Positions 1 to 9,559 of a stretch of 56,549 nucleotides of DNA are shown one piece after another. The translations under genes were made by a program, and so were the position numbers. Origin of the DNA: a virus (lineage: Duplodnaviria; Caudoviricetes). The notes beneath the pieces were generated by a model. It worked only from the letters and a program-made list of their open reading frames with translations. It searched no databases and had not been told where the DNA came from. How positions within the stretch are numbered: the stretch's first letter is position 1; each line of letters opens with the position of its first letter. The stretch lies in the IMG/VR virus record IMGVR_UViG_3300032265_000524, positions 1 to 56,549 of that record. The stretch is one strand, 5' to 3'.

Positions 1-138
1 ACACCAATTTATGAACACTTGATGAACAGTCGTGGTGGTTATAATGCCTTGCGTATAGCGCAAGAGGTCAAGGAAGATCCTAAAGCACAAAAATATCTCA
101 AAGAGAGTTTATTAGCGATAATAAACAAACTCCAATAA
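1..138 (+). CDS. gp21: C-terminal end of prohead protease (T4 gp21-like), 5'-truncated by the window
   Basis: Frame 1 is open from base 1 (TPIYEHLMNSRGGYNALRIAQEVKEDPKAQKYLKESLLAIINKLQ*) to TAA at 136-138. It lies directly upstream of scaffold and capsid genes, as in the T4 21-22-23 order. The catalytic region is outside the window. Confidence 0.65.
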   Translation, partial: TPIYEHLMNSRGGYNALRIAQEVKEDPKAQKYLKESLLAIINKLQ

Positions 139-151
139 TAAGGAGAATCAC

Positions 152-1246
152 ATGTTGGATGCGTTAAAACAATTATTTGAAAACAATGTGATTTCAGAAG
201 AGATCAAAGAGTCAATCGAAGCAGCTTGGGATTCAAAAATCAATGAAGCCCGTGAAGAAGTTGCACATCAATTACGCGAAGAATTTGCTCAAAAATATGA
301 GCACGATAAAGGTGTAATGGTCGAAGCTATCGATAAGATGGTGACAGATCAATTATCATCGGAAATCGTTGAATTTGCTGAAGATCGTAAGGCACTAGCT
401 GAAATGAAAGTTAAGCTAGCTCAAGAAAAGAAGAAGACAGCGGCAGTAATGAAGGAATTCGTTACACGTCAACTAGCTTCAGAAGTTACTGAGTTGCACG
501 AAGATCAAGTAGTTATGGCTACTAAATTTGGTAAGTTAGAACAATTCGTTGTAGAAGCTCTTGCTCAAGAAATTACAGAATTTTACAAAGATAAACAAGA
601 TTTGGCAGAAACCAAAGTACGTTTGATCCGTGAAGGAAAAGACCAACTAGCTAAGGTAAAAGCCCAATTTGTACAGCGTGCCGCAGAGAAAGTCGAGCAA
701 GTTGTTAGTGAAGGACTACGTTCTGAACTACACAGCTTGAAAGAAGACATCGATGCTGCTCGTCGTAACGACTTTGGACGTAAACTATTTGAAGCATTCG
801 CTAGCGAATATCAAACTAGTTACCTAAGCGAAAAGTCCGAGACTGCAAAATTACTCAAGGTTATAGACCTGAAAGAGTTAGCTGTATCAGAAGCTCAACA
901 AGCTGCTGAAGAAGCTGCCGCTCTACTAGAAAGTAAGGAAGCAGAAATTGCGTCTTTGAAAGAAGCGCAAGAAAGAAAAACAATCATGAACGAGTTACTT
1001 GCTCCGTTAAATTCAGAGCAACGTGAAATCATGGGTGAGTTAATGGAGAGCGTAAAGACTACTAAACTTAACGAAAGTTTTGAAAAGTACCTTCCAGCTG
1101 TAATTGCTGGTAATGCTCCGCAGAAGAAACAGGCACTATTAGAGGCTAAAGAAATAACCGGAAATAAGATTTCCAACACCAAACATAGCAGCGAAGCCGA
1201 AGGCAATATCATTGATATTCGTCGTCTAGCTGGACTAAAATTCTAA
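152..1246 (+). CDS. gp22: prohead core scaffold protein (T4 gp22-like)
   Basis: 364 aa, Glu/Lys/Ala-rich coiled-coil character, AAGGAG RBS, immediately upstream of the major capsid gene. Confidence 0.8.
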   Translation: MLDALKQLFENNVISEEIKESIEAAWDSKINEAREEVAHQLREEFAQKYEHDKGVMVEAIDKMVTDQLSSEIVEFAEDRKALAEMKVKLAQEKKKTAAVMKEFVTRQLASEVTELHEDQVVMATKFGKLEQFVVEALAQEITEFYKDKQDLAETKVRLIREGKDQLAKVKAQFVQRAAEKVEQVVSEGLRSELHSLKEDIDAARRNDFGRKLFEAFASEYQTSYLSEKSETAKLLKVIDLKELAVSEAQQAAEEAAALLESKEAEIASLKEAQERKTIMNELLAPLNSEQREIMGELMESVKTTKLNESFEKYLPAVIAGNAPQKKQALLEAKEITGNKISNTKHSSEAEGNIIDIRRLAGLKF

Positions 1247-1258
1247 GGAGAATATTAA

Positions 1259-2428
1259 ATGTCAGAACTATTAAACGGACGTTGGGCAGAAACTAAGGAA
1301 GCCCTATTAGAAGGCTTGCAAGGCACAAAAAAATCAGTAATGGGTGTAACACTTGAAAATACTCGTAAGTATTTGATGGAAAGTCCAACTGCTGGTGCTA
1401 CTTCTGCTGGTAACGTTGCAACATTAAACCGCGTGATTCTTCCAGTAATCCGTCGCGTCATGCCAACTGTTATTGCTAACGAGTTGCTAGGCGTACAACC
1501 AATGACTGGCCCTGTAGGTCAAATTCACACTCTACGTGTTCGTTACGCAGATAACTTTACTGGATCTGGTAGCCCAAGTACAGTAGCAGGTGAAGAGGCT
1601 CTATCACCATTCAAGATTGCTGAAGGTTACTCAGGTAACTCAACAGGCAAAGCTGGTGCAACAGCTTCATTTGAAGGCCAACCTGGTAACAGACTAAGCA
1701 TTCAAATCTTGAAACAAACAGTTGAAGCTAAGACACGTAAATTGTCAGCTCGCTGGACATTTGAATCTGCACAAGATGCTCAAGCCCAACAAGGTATTGA
1801 TATCGAAGCAGAAGTAATGGCTGCATTAGCTCAAGAAATTACAGCTGAAATCGACCAAGAAATCTTAGCTTCATTGCTATCATTGGCTGGTTCTTCAATT
1901 GAAACTTTTGACCAAGCAGCAGTTTCAGGAACAGCAACATTCGTAGGTGATGAGCATGCTGCTCTAGCAGTTCAAATCAACCGCGTTGCTAACTTGATCG
2001 CTCAACGTACACGTCGTGGCGCTGGTAACTGGGCTGTTGTAAGTCCATTTGCTTTAACAATTCTACAATCTGCTACTACTAGCGCATTTGCTCGTACAAC
2101 AGAAGGTACTTTTGAAGCTCCTACTAACACCAAGTTCGTTGGTACATTAAACAATGCAATGAAAGTTTATGTTAACTCATATGCTTCAGATGCAACTGAT
2201 GTATTGATCGGTTACAAAGGTGCTAGCGAAAGCGATGCAGCAGCGTTCTATTGCCCATACATTCCATTGATGAGCAGTGGCGTTGTTTTAGATCCAACAA
2301 CATTCGAACCAGTCGTATCATTCATGACACGTTATGGCTATGTTGAATTGTCAAATACAGCTTCATCTCTAGGTAACGCAGCTGACTACCTAGGTCGTGT
2401 AGCTATTGCAAACGTTAAATTCAGTTAA
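1259..2428 (+). CDS. gp23: major capsid protein (T4 gp23 family)
   Basis: gp23 motifs LPVIRRVMP..IA..L.GVQPMTGP.GQI, VEAKTRKLSARWTFE.AQD, EITAEIDQEI, FYCPYIPL, TRYG; AAGGAG RBS; followed by a terminator. Confidence 0.95.
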   Translation: MSELLNGRWAETKEALLEGLQGTKKSVMGVTLENTRKYLMESPTAGATSAGNVATLNRVILPVIRRVMPTVIANELLGVQPMTGPVGQIHTLRVRYADNFTGSGSPSTVAGEEALSPFKIAEGYSGNSTGKAGATASFEGQPGNRLSIQILKQTVEAKTRKLSARWTFESAQDAQAQQGIDIEAEVMAALAQEITAEIDQEILASLLSLAGSSIETFDQAAVSGTATFVGDEHAALAVQINRVANLIAQRTRRGAGNWAVVSPFALTILQSATTSAFARTTEGTFEAPTNTKFVGTLNNAMKVYVNSYASDATDVLIGYKGASESDAAAFYCPYIPLMSSGVVLDPTTFEPVVSFMTRYGYVELSNTASSLGNAADYLGRVAIANVKFS

Positions 2429-2453
2429 TCTGTTTTTAATAATGACACATGCG

Positions 2454-2478
2454 AAAGGGCTCTTAGGAGCCCTTTTTC
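2454..2478 (+). terminator. rho-independent terminator after the capsid gene
   Basis: aaagggctc-ttag-gagcccttt stem-loop ending in a T run. Confidence 0.85.
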
Positions 2479-2487
2479 ATTGTGTGC

Positions 2488-2493
2488 TAAATA
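2488..2493 (+). promoter_or_regulatory. T4-like late promoter box (TAAATA)
   Basis: gcTAAATAc just after the terminator. The same hexamer recurs in most intergenic gaps; the T4 gp55 consensus is TATAAATA. Confidence 0.65.
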
Positions 2494-2502
2494 CAAAGTA
2501 TG

Positions 2503-2560
2503 GCTCACAATGGTGTGAGTTTTATGCGGAAATCCAACCGCGTATCGGCCTAGAACGCCG
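2503..2560 (+). ncRNA. candidate structured 5' leader RNA (three hairpins)
   Basis: Consecutive stems gctcaca/tgtgagt (2503-2520), tatgcgg/ccgcgta (2523-2544) and cggc/gccg (2546-2560), between the late box and the AAGGAG RBS. Confidence 0.5.
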
Positions 2561-2583
2561 TGTTTTCTATAAGGAGAAACAAA

Positions 2584-3642
2584 ATGGGACGTCCTTTAAA
2601 TAAGAAATATTTTGGTAATCGTAACTTAGGCGCTACAGGTACAGATACTTCAGCAGATGCTGGTATTGGTGGTCAGGCAGTTGGCAGCGTAGCATTAGGC
2701 GGTACTAATAACTCAACAGGTTTTACCAACGGTTCAACTTCACAAGCAACATTTTCAGCTCCAACTATTGCCAACGGTGTAACAGCTACTGGTACAGTAG
2801 TAACTTATGCAGCTGGCGCATTGACTAATGCAACAACATATACAACAGCAAGCGGTACAAAAGCAGCCGCAAACATTACAAGTAAAACTGTTACTGTAAA
2901 ATCAACAAGTGGTTCTGGTACTGGTGCTACATTCAGTATTACAACAACTGGTGGCGCAGCTTCATACAGTCTTGGTTCTAACGTAACTGTTACTTTAGTG
3001 GCCGCAGGTTCTGGTTATGCAACAACTAACACTATCACTATCGATGGTGCTGACATGGGCGGTGTAACTTCAACAAACGATTTTACATTTACTCTAGCAA
3101 CATTTGTTGCCACAAGTGGTACAATTTCAAGTATCACTATTACTAACAAGGGTTCTGGTTATACATCAGCACCAACATTGACATTAACAACAGGCACAAA
3201 AGGTACATTAACTGTAACTCCAGCACTAGCACCTGATACTGGTAACGTTGGCAGCTCAACATATCGTGAAAATGCTATTATTGCGTATGCATATATCAGC
3301 GGCTCACTACGTGAAGTTGATATTGTTGAACAAATTTCAAGTAAGCGTTACAAAGTCAGCTATGGTGGAAACAACTACATTGCACGTATCCGTTATGATG
3401 CAGTTGCTGATGGAACATACGGTTACACAGCAGCCCAAGGTTACGAATTAAATATCGTTGCCCTTGACAGTGCCGGTGGTTCTTATCTAGTTCGCAAGCT
3501 ATATGGTCGTACATGTACATTAAATCCAGTGGCTATTTCACGTTTAAGTGCTTCAGCAGGCTCAGCAATTTCCGCTGGTGTTCAAACCAAATGGTCATTT
3601 GCTTCAGCAACAACTGGTGTTGTACAAATCGAAAACGCTTAA
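2584..3642 (+). CDS. virion structural protein (possible head decoration/fibre), Thr/Gly-rich
   Basis: ATG 2584 follows aaggagaaacaaa and is preferred over the track start at 2560. N-terminus MGRPLNKKYFG; GSGY beta-repeats (LVAAGSGYAT, ITNKGSGYTSAPT). Confidence 0.7.
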   Translation: MGRPLNKKYFGNRNLGATGTDTSADAGIGGQAVGSVALGGTNNSTGFTNGSTSQATFSAPTIANGVTATGTVVTYAAGALTNATTYTTASGTKAAANITSKTVTVKSTSGSGTGATFSITTTGGAASYSLGSNVTVTLVAAGSGYATTNTITIDGADMGGVTSTNDFTFTLATFVATSGTISSITITNKGSGYTSAPTLTLTTGTKGTLTVTPALAPDTGNVGSSTYRENAIIAYAYISGSLREVDIVEQISSKRYKVSYGGNNYIARIRYDAVADGTYGYTAAQGYELNIVALDSAGGSYLVRKLYGRTCTLNPVAISRLSASAGSAISAGVQTKWSFASATTGVVQIENA

Positions 3643-3650
3643 TTAGGCAT

Positions 3651-3666
3651 GGGGGCTCCGGCCCCC
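3651..3666 (+). other. stable GC hairpin with UNCG tetraloop, no U-tract
   Basis: gggggc-tccg-gccccc in the 3643-3683 gap; could act in mRNA stabilisation, processing or weak termination. Confidence 0.55.
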
Positions 3667-3683
3667 TAACTTAAGGATAAAGA

Positions 3684-4895
3684 ATGTCAAGAGTACTTAA
3701 AGTCAGTGAAGGCAATTATCGAGTAACGGTCCAGAACGGTGGTGATATCACCTTGGATGCAACTCCGGCAGGTACTATTACAGTCATTGGTAACCTAAAT
3801 GTAACAGGTTCAACAACTACGGTATCGTCAACTAACACAAATTTAGCTGATAATATTTTACTACTCAATCAAGGTCAAACTGGTAATGGTATTAGTAGCA
3901 CAGCTGGCTATACTTCAGGTATTGAAGTAGCACGTGGTAACTATTCAAATGCTCAGTGGTTATTTAATGAAACACTATCTCACTGGGATTCAACACCGTT
4001 ATCTTTAACAGCAACAGCAACAGCCAGTACTGGAAATTTAATAACATTAAGTTCAGTATTAACATTATCACCAGGTGCTACAGTTGTGTTTAGCGGTGCT
4101 GTGTTTGGTAATGTGCAATCAAGTCAAACATATTTTATTTTATCAGTAAGCGGTAATCAAGTTACTATCAGTACACAATACGGTGGAAGTGTATTTGCAC
4201 TTGCTAGTGCTACTGGTTCTATGACAGCAACAATTACAGGTCGTCCATCATTAGGTGCATGGCAAGGCCGCACAAAAGATCTAGTATTAACTGGAGTTGT
4301 AGCAGCGTCTATTGGTACTACAGCAGGTAGTGACCTTGCATTTGACATGCAGAACGCAGGCAGTCATGTGGTAGTAGTTAATGCTCCTACTTATGAAACT
4401 ACAATTACAAATCCACAAACACTAGTTACAAAACTGTTTGTTCAAAACTATGTCGGTGCTTCAGCATTAAATCCTGGGCAAGCAGACGTTACAACTATCT
4501 ACTATAGTCCAAATAATGCAGTAACTATTAATAGTCGAGCAACAGCAACTAGCAGTAGTATACAATTTTTTATCAATGAAGTAGCAAGGGCACAGATTAC
4601 TAATTCTGGTCTAACTGTTGATAACGTAAACACTTATCAAAACACTATACAAAATACAGCAGCAAATCGTAATCTTGTACTAACATCAGTAAATACTAAC
4701 GTTGAAATTAACGGCATTCTTAACTTAGATGACACTAGCACTAGTCCAACACTAGCCAGCGGCACTAGCAAGATTTATTCAAAAGCCGGACTTGGTCCTA
4801 CAGCTGGTAAGACTGGATTATATTTTACAAATCAAGTGTCAAGTGATGAACTTGTATCTAAGAATAGATCATTACTGTTTAGTATTTTATTTTAA
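3684..4895 (+). CDS. virion structural/fibre protein
   Basis: 403 aa. GNLNVTGSTTTVSSTNTNLADNILLLN and SGIEVARG motifs typical of phage fibre proteins; one inserted ~80-aa beta module (~4000-4240). Confidence 0.7.
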   Translation: MSRVLKVSEGNYRVTVQNGGDITLDATPAGTITVIGNLNVTGSTTTVSSTNTNLADNILLLNQGQTGNGISSTAGYTSGIEVARGNYSNAQWLFNETLSHWDSTPLSLTATATASTGNLITLSSVLTLSPGATVVFSGAVFGNVQSSQTYFILSVSGNQVTISTQYGGSVFALASATGSMTATITGRPSLGAWQGRTKDLVLTGVVAASIGTTAGSDLAFDMQNAGSHVVVVNAPTYETTITNPQTLVTKLFVQNYVGASALNPGQADVTTIYYSPNNAVTINSRATATSSSIQFFINEVARAQITNSGLTVDNVNTYQNTIQNTAANRNLVLTSVNTNVEINGILNLDDTSTSPTLASGTSKIYSKAGLGPTAGKTGLYFTNQVSSDELVSKNRSLLFSILF

Positions 4896-4904
4896 GGAAT
4901 AACA

Positions 4905-5243
4905 ATGGCAATCCAAAATCAAGCAATTGGAACAGGCAACACTACAATTTTCACCAGTAGCAACTCTAATGGTGATGCTATCACTACGGTCATAGTTTGT
5001 AATACTGTTGTATTTGATCCAGCAAATCCTTTAACCGGATTATCATATCTATACCTATATGCAGTACCAAGCGGTGCAACTGTTGGACTAAGTTCACAAT
5101 TAATTGTTAACAAACTACCAATACCTGCAGGCGAAACAGTTAGTTTTGATCAAGAAAAAATGGTATTGGCCAATGGTGATAAACTAGTGGCAAAAAGCGA
5201 CACAACAAACTTAACAGCAACAGTAAGTAACTTACCAGTATAA
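4905..5243 (+). CDS. small virion structural protein (~110-aa beta-sandwich family)
   Basis: AITTVIVCN...IPAGETVSF..EKMVL..GD pattern, shared loosely with 11253, 36704 and 37787. Confidence 0.65.
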   Translation: MAIQNQAIGTGNTTIFTSSNSNGDAITTVIVCNTVVFDPANPLTGLSYLYLYAVPSGATVGLSSQLIVNKLPIPAGETVSFDQEKMVLANGDKLVAKSDTTNLTATVSNLPV

Positions 5244-5995
5244 TGAGATACCTTAGACAACAACAATTAAATCGTAGAGCGATTTTTGACAGTCGTATGT
5301 ATGTAGATATGACTGACAGTATTGTTATGAACACTACCAACAATATGTTAATGCCAAGCGGCACTACAGCTCAACGTCCAGTCAGCCCAGTAGTTGGCAT
5401 GATGCGCTACAATACTGATTCTAATGAAGTTGAGATTTACGAAGGTTCAAGTGCAACATGGCGCAATGTTCGCTATAAAGAATCAGGACAGATAACACAA
5501 CAGACTCTAGGTAATCTTGATGGCTATACAGCCTACTACGGTCCGTTAAATCCAGCTCCACCAGCAAGTAATAAAATTGCCAACGGTGCTACTTGGTCAG
5601 GTTCTAATATATTTGTTTATATTGAAAATGTTCCGCAGCTTTATACATCAAACTATACTCTAACTCAAAATCCAGTAGCAACAGTAGCAACAACAACTAC
5701 AGTGAGTAGCGGAACTACACTAACATTTGGTATTAGTGGAAGTCAAGCAACAAAAGTGATTCCTCAGGGATCTATAGTTACAGGTAGTGCAAGTCTTCAA
5801 GCTAACACAGTAGTAACAGTGAACAGTGACTACACTATAGCACTAAGCAAATCAATTACTGGCACGATTAGTAGCGGTACAACATTAACATTCACTGCGG
5901 TATCAGGCTGGTATATAACATTTAATGTTGACTCAATTGAATATATTGGATTGGTAGGTAAACCAGTAACAGCATTGATCGGTTTTGATCAATAA
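5243..5995 (+). CDS. virion structural protein
   Basis: PSGTTAQRP.SP..GMMRYNTD..E.Y motif common in T4-like fibre/baseplate proteins; TAATG coupling to the upstream gene. Confidence 0.7.
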   Translation: MRYLRQQQLNRRAIFDSRMYVDMTDSIVMNTTNNMLMPSGTTAQRPVSPVVGMMRYNTDSNEVEIYEGSSATWRNVRYKESGQITQQTLGNLDGYTAYYGPLNPAPPASNKIANGATWSGSNIFVYIENVPQLYTSNYTLTQNPVATVATTTTVSSGTTLTFGISGSQATKVIPQGSIVTGSASLQANTVVTVNSDYTIALSKSITGTISSGTTLTFTAVSGWYITFNVDSIEYIGLVGKPVTALIGFDQ

Positions 5996-6005
5996 GGAGT
6001 AGCAG

Positions 6006-9000
6006 ATGTCAGCTGCAATGGGGCGAATCAGCGGCAACTTACTAGCTAACAATCTCACACGCAACGGTGTTGATTTAAAGTTTAGTAACACTGGTATCAG
6101 CGATACCGTATTATATCTCGGTGGCGCAAATAATCGTAAAATTGGTATTGGTAGCGAAAGCCCACTCAGCGAACTTTATGTTTATAATGCCAGCGGTAGT
6201 AATGTCAACAGTACAAATTTCTTAGTAGATACCCTTTCAACATTCCAAAATAACTGGACTGTTACAGCCAACACAATTTCATATCCTCTCGGTACTCTTA
6301 ATATTGTACCAAGCCCAGCCGCTGCTACAGTAACAGATATTAGCAGTACCAATAGCACCATTGTCAATACAGGTAATGCACTTTATAATGTAAGTGAACC
6401 TAGTGCAAATCCAGATTATGGCAGTGTGGCATTCACGGGCACAAATTCATTATCAATAGTTTCTGCTGATGCTCTAAGTTTAGGGGTTGTTGCATACACT
6501 GTTGAAGGATGGTTCTATTATGGTGCAGTTCCGACTGGCGGATTTTTATTCGGTAAGTGGGATGATACTTTAGGGTTAGAGTATGGATTAAGAGTTACTT
6601 CTGCTGTGCAGATGACTTGGTATAATAAAAACTCTAGTAATGGCAATGGAGTAACTATTGCATTTAATAGTCCACCGGCTAACGCATGGCATCACTTTGC
6701 CGCAGTTCGTTCAGGTAATACCGTTACTGTTTTCATTGATGGTGTTAGTACTGCAACTGCAACCTACGGCGGAACACAAAAAGTTAACTCCGGGGCGCCA
6801 TTTACGATTGGCGGTCGTAACAGTAATACTAACAATATAACCGCTTATATTACCTACGTTCGTGTAGTTCCCGGAAAAGCATTATACACTGCAAATTTTA
6901 CACCACCATTGCAACCTACAGCAGTCAGTGGAACCACTTTTTTGCTTCAAGCAAAAGGTCCTACAGGGATTGTTTCGTCAACTGGCATACAAGGCGGCGA
7001 TGTTGCTATCTACGGTCCTACAAATACAATTCAAAGCGGTGGTGCCGCAACCTATCCGTCGTCAACACCTGATCAAGATTTAAATTTTAGTCCTATAGGA
7101 ACATTTACCGCAACTTTAACAAATCCTTCAGGCAACTTAATTACCCTAAGTCAAAATACAAATACAATAGTAGCTGGATATCCTATTATATTCTCAGGTA
7201 CTGCATTTGGCAATATTGTATTAGGATACAAATATTATGTTTACGAAGTAGTAGATACTAGTCATATAACAATTACTGATCAGATTGGCGGCGGCGTATT
7301 TACAGTTAGTAGTGACGCTGGCACTATGACAGCTAAAGTATACGGGGTCATGTCACTAACAGCACCTAGTAGTACAATCTATGGCAGCATGCACTCTACT
7401 GGCGACATTACTCTAGACGGTAATATTGCATTGGGTATTGTCAGTCTGAACGGTATCAACAGTAGTTTAATTCCACCGGCATGGCACTATGTTGCTACTG
7501 GCAGCGCACAGTTCAGCGGCAGCAATAGTTTATCAATTGCAACTAATACAGCATTTGGATTTGCACTTAATGACTTCACACTCGAAGGATGGTATTATCA
7601 TACCTCTGGTAGTTCAAATCATCGACTATTTGATTTTAGAACAACTGAACCTAATGTAGCACCAATGCTAGGCGTTGGTAGTAGCAATCAAATTTACTAT
7701 TTTGTAAACGGCCTTAACAGAATTATTGGGTCTACACTTGCACTAAACACATGGACTCACATTGCTCTAGTAAGGGCAAGCGGTATAACCAAATTGTATG
7801 TTAACGGAACACAATCCGGTTCAGCGTACACAGATGTAAACAATTACGGCACTACAAATCCCCTACGTATTGGTACAGATTATCAAGGCTCTAACGGATA
7901 CGTTGGTTCAATGGCCAGTGTACGAGTTGTTAGCGGTACTGCTGTATACACTGGATCATTTACTCCGTCAACGGTTCCGTTAACCGCAATTACAAATACA
8001 CAATTATTATTACTAGCCACAGTTGATCAAGCAATAACTACCGATAGCAGTACAAATAATCTTGCAGTAACTAATAATAGTTCAGTAACGTATAATGCAA
8101 TAACACCATTTACGGGCACTAACAATGTTATTACCAGTGTTCAAACATACCAAATAGGTAATAGTAGTACCTTATGGAGAAATACATATTTTGGAACAAC
8201 CTACGGAAGTTATAATGTAAGTAATGTGTCTGTTAATGGTTCTACAAATACTATTTCAAATACAGCACCCAATACTGACCTAACATTAAAAGCCAACGGT
8301 ACTGGTGGACTGTTTGTAGTCGATTTAAGATTTAGTCAAAATGATATTAAAAATATCAAAGCTAATCCAGCAAATGATGCAGAAAGCAGTATTACCCTAG
8401 TTCCAAACGGCACTGGAATTTTTAGTATTACTGGTACGAATGCAGTTCAATTAGCCTACGGTAACGATTACAATCCTTTTACAATTTCAGCTCCAGCAAG
8501 TGTAGCAGGAAACTCAGCATCATGGCCGTACAATATACCTACTCTTAACGGTGCAGTCGGCTCTTGGTCAGGCACAGGTACTAGCATAGATGGAGTTACT
8601 CTGTATGTAACATCATATCAAAAAGCTGCTGCCTTTTATAGTGACAGCGGCCATTTTATCCCTTACACTGTTCCAGTAGGTCTAGCAAACAGCCCAGGTA
8701 CATTTAGTTATATCAGCAAGACAGGCCGCACTCTATCTCAAAACGGTGAAATTCGCTTAAACAGTAAGTATAATATCTATGAAGGTTATCAGCCCAGCGG
8801 ACTAGTTAGTTTTACTAACCTATGGGATACCAGTAGAACAACCTATGTTACTCCTGAACTGACCCCGGGGCTTGCAGATAATACTCTGAGATTTACAGCA
8901 GGCGGCAATTTAATAGCTAGTGTAGATACTAGCAAAATGTATGTGAGTGCATTAGCTACTGGTAAGGTAGGATCTTTTGGAATTCCATCAGTTACCTTTA

Positions 9001-9386
9001 CTGATAATAAATTAGCAATTGGCACTGCGAACGTTACATTTAGTCCGGCAAGCGGTAATGTTAATCTTAATACAGGCGCATCCTCGCAGTTGGTACTTAG
9101 TGGTAGTACTATTCCTAACACATTAAACACTGCATTTAGTGTTGGTGCTACAGGAACAGGTTATGTTAAGTTCACTGGCAAAGGCGGTATAGTAATTCCC
9201 TACGGTGACGATTCGGCACGCCCTGTTAATCCAGAACAGGGTACAGCACGATACAGCACAACAGCAACCGCAGGAGAAATTTTCTCTGCTACTAACGGGT
9301 GGATACCTATTTCAGGTATTAGCCCTGTGCTTAGTTCAGACCAAGTCTATGAAGTTATGGAGTTTTGGTCTCTAGTTTTGGGCTGA
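6006..9386 (+). CDS. fibre/baseplate-associated protein with two LamG/concanavalin A-like lectin domains
   Basis: 1126 aa. LamG signatures YTVEGWFY...WHHFAAVRSGNTVTVFIDG (~6420-6950) and DFTLEGWYY...WTHIALVRASGITKLYVNG (~7500-8020). N- and C-termini are paralogous to 9560..11248. Confidence 0.8.
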   Translation: MSAAMGRISGNLLANNLTRNGVDLKFSNTGISDTVLYLGGANNRKIGIGSESPLSELYVYNASGSNVNSTNFLVDTLSTFQNNWTVTANTISYPLGTLNIVPSPAAATVTDISSTNSTIVNTGNALYNVSEPSANPDYGSVAFTGTNSLSIVSADALSLGVVAYTVEGWFYYGAVPTGGFLFGKWDDTLGLEYGLRVTSAVQMTWYNKNSSNGNGVTIAFNSPPANAWHHFAAVRSGNTVTVFIDGVSTATATYGGTQKVNSGAPFTIGGRNSNTNNITAYITYVRVVPGKALYTANFTPPLQPTAVSGTTFLLQAKGPTGIVSSTGIQGGDVAIYGPTNTIQSGGAATYPSSTPDQDLNFSPIGTFTATLTNPSGNLITLSQNTNTIVAGYPIIFSGTAFGNIVLGYKYYVYEVVDTSHITITDQIGGGVFTVSSDAGTMTAKVYGVMSLTAPSSTIYGSMHSTGDITLDGNIALGIVSLNGINSSLIPPAWHYVATGSAQFSGSNSLSIATNTAFGFALNDFTLEGWYYHTSGSSNHRLFDFRTTEPNVAPMLGVGSSNQIYYFVNGLNRIIGSTLALNTWTHIALVRASGITKLYVNGTQSGSAYTDVNNYGTTNPLRIGTDYQGSNGYVGSMASVRVVSGTAVYTGSFTPSTVPLTAITNTQLLLLATVDQAITTDSSTNNLAVTNNSSVTYNAITPFTGTNNVITSVQTYQIGNSSTLWRNTYFGTTYGSYNVSNVSVNGSTNTISNTAPNTDLTLKANGTGGLFVVDLRFSQNDIKNIKANPANDAESSITLVPNGTGIFSITGTNAVQLAYGNDYNPFTISAPASVAGNSASWPYNIPTLNGAVGSWSGTGTSIDGVTLYVTSYQKAAAFYSDSGHFIPYTVPVGLANSPGTFSYISKTGRTLSQNGEIRLNSKYNIYEGYQPSGLVSFTNLWDTSRTTYVTPELTPGLADNTLRFTAGGNLIASVDTSKMYVSALATGKVGSFGIPSVTFTDNKLAIGTANVTFSPASGNVNLNTGASSQLVLSGSTIPNTLNTAFSVGATGTGYVKFTGKGGIVIPYGDDSARPVNPEQGTARYSTTATAGEIFSATNGWIPISGISPVLSSDQVYEVMEFWSLVLG

Positions 9387-9401
9387 TAAACAAGCCCAAA
9401 A
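9376..9401. terminator. hairpin overlapping the stop codon, possible terminator
   Basis: ttttgggct-gataaaca-agcccaaaa perfect 9-bp stem. Confidence 0.4.
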
Positions 9402-9413
9402 ATTCAAAACAGC

Positions 9414-9419
9414 TAAATA
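9414..9419 (+). promoter_or_regulatory. late promoter box (TAAATA)
   Basis: gcTAAATAc, the same context as 2488. Confidence 0.65.
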
Positions 9420-9427
9420 CTAGTACT

Positions 9428-9546
9428 GCAAAAACTGACCAAGTTCTTGCGATATTCAACAGTGGTAAACCCGCTAAGAGCCCTTAGGGATGAGGAAGAC
9501 AGGTAACTCTAGATTCCAAATGTGGTTAACCGTGAAACACGGGGTC
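9428..9546 (+). ncRNA. candidate structured leader RNA
   Basis: Long gap (173 nt) with stems gcaaaaact/agttcttgc (9428-9450, one mismatch), agtgg/ccgct (9461-9475) and ccgtg-aaa-cacgg (9530-9542). Confidence 0.4.
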
Positions 9547-9559
9547 TATTGGAGAGCGC

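Noticed and set aside
2406-2603. 65-aa ORF, and the track start at 2560 for the next gene
   Set aside because: Runs across a terminator, promoter and hairpins; the RBS supports ATG 2584
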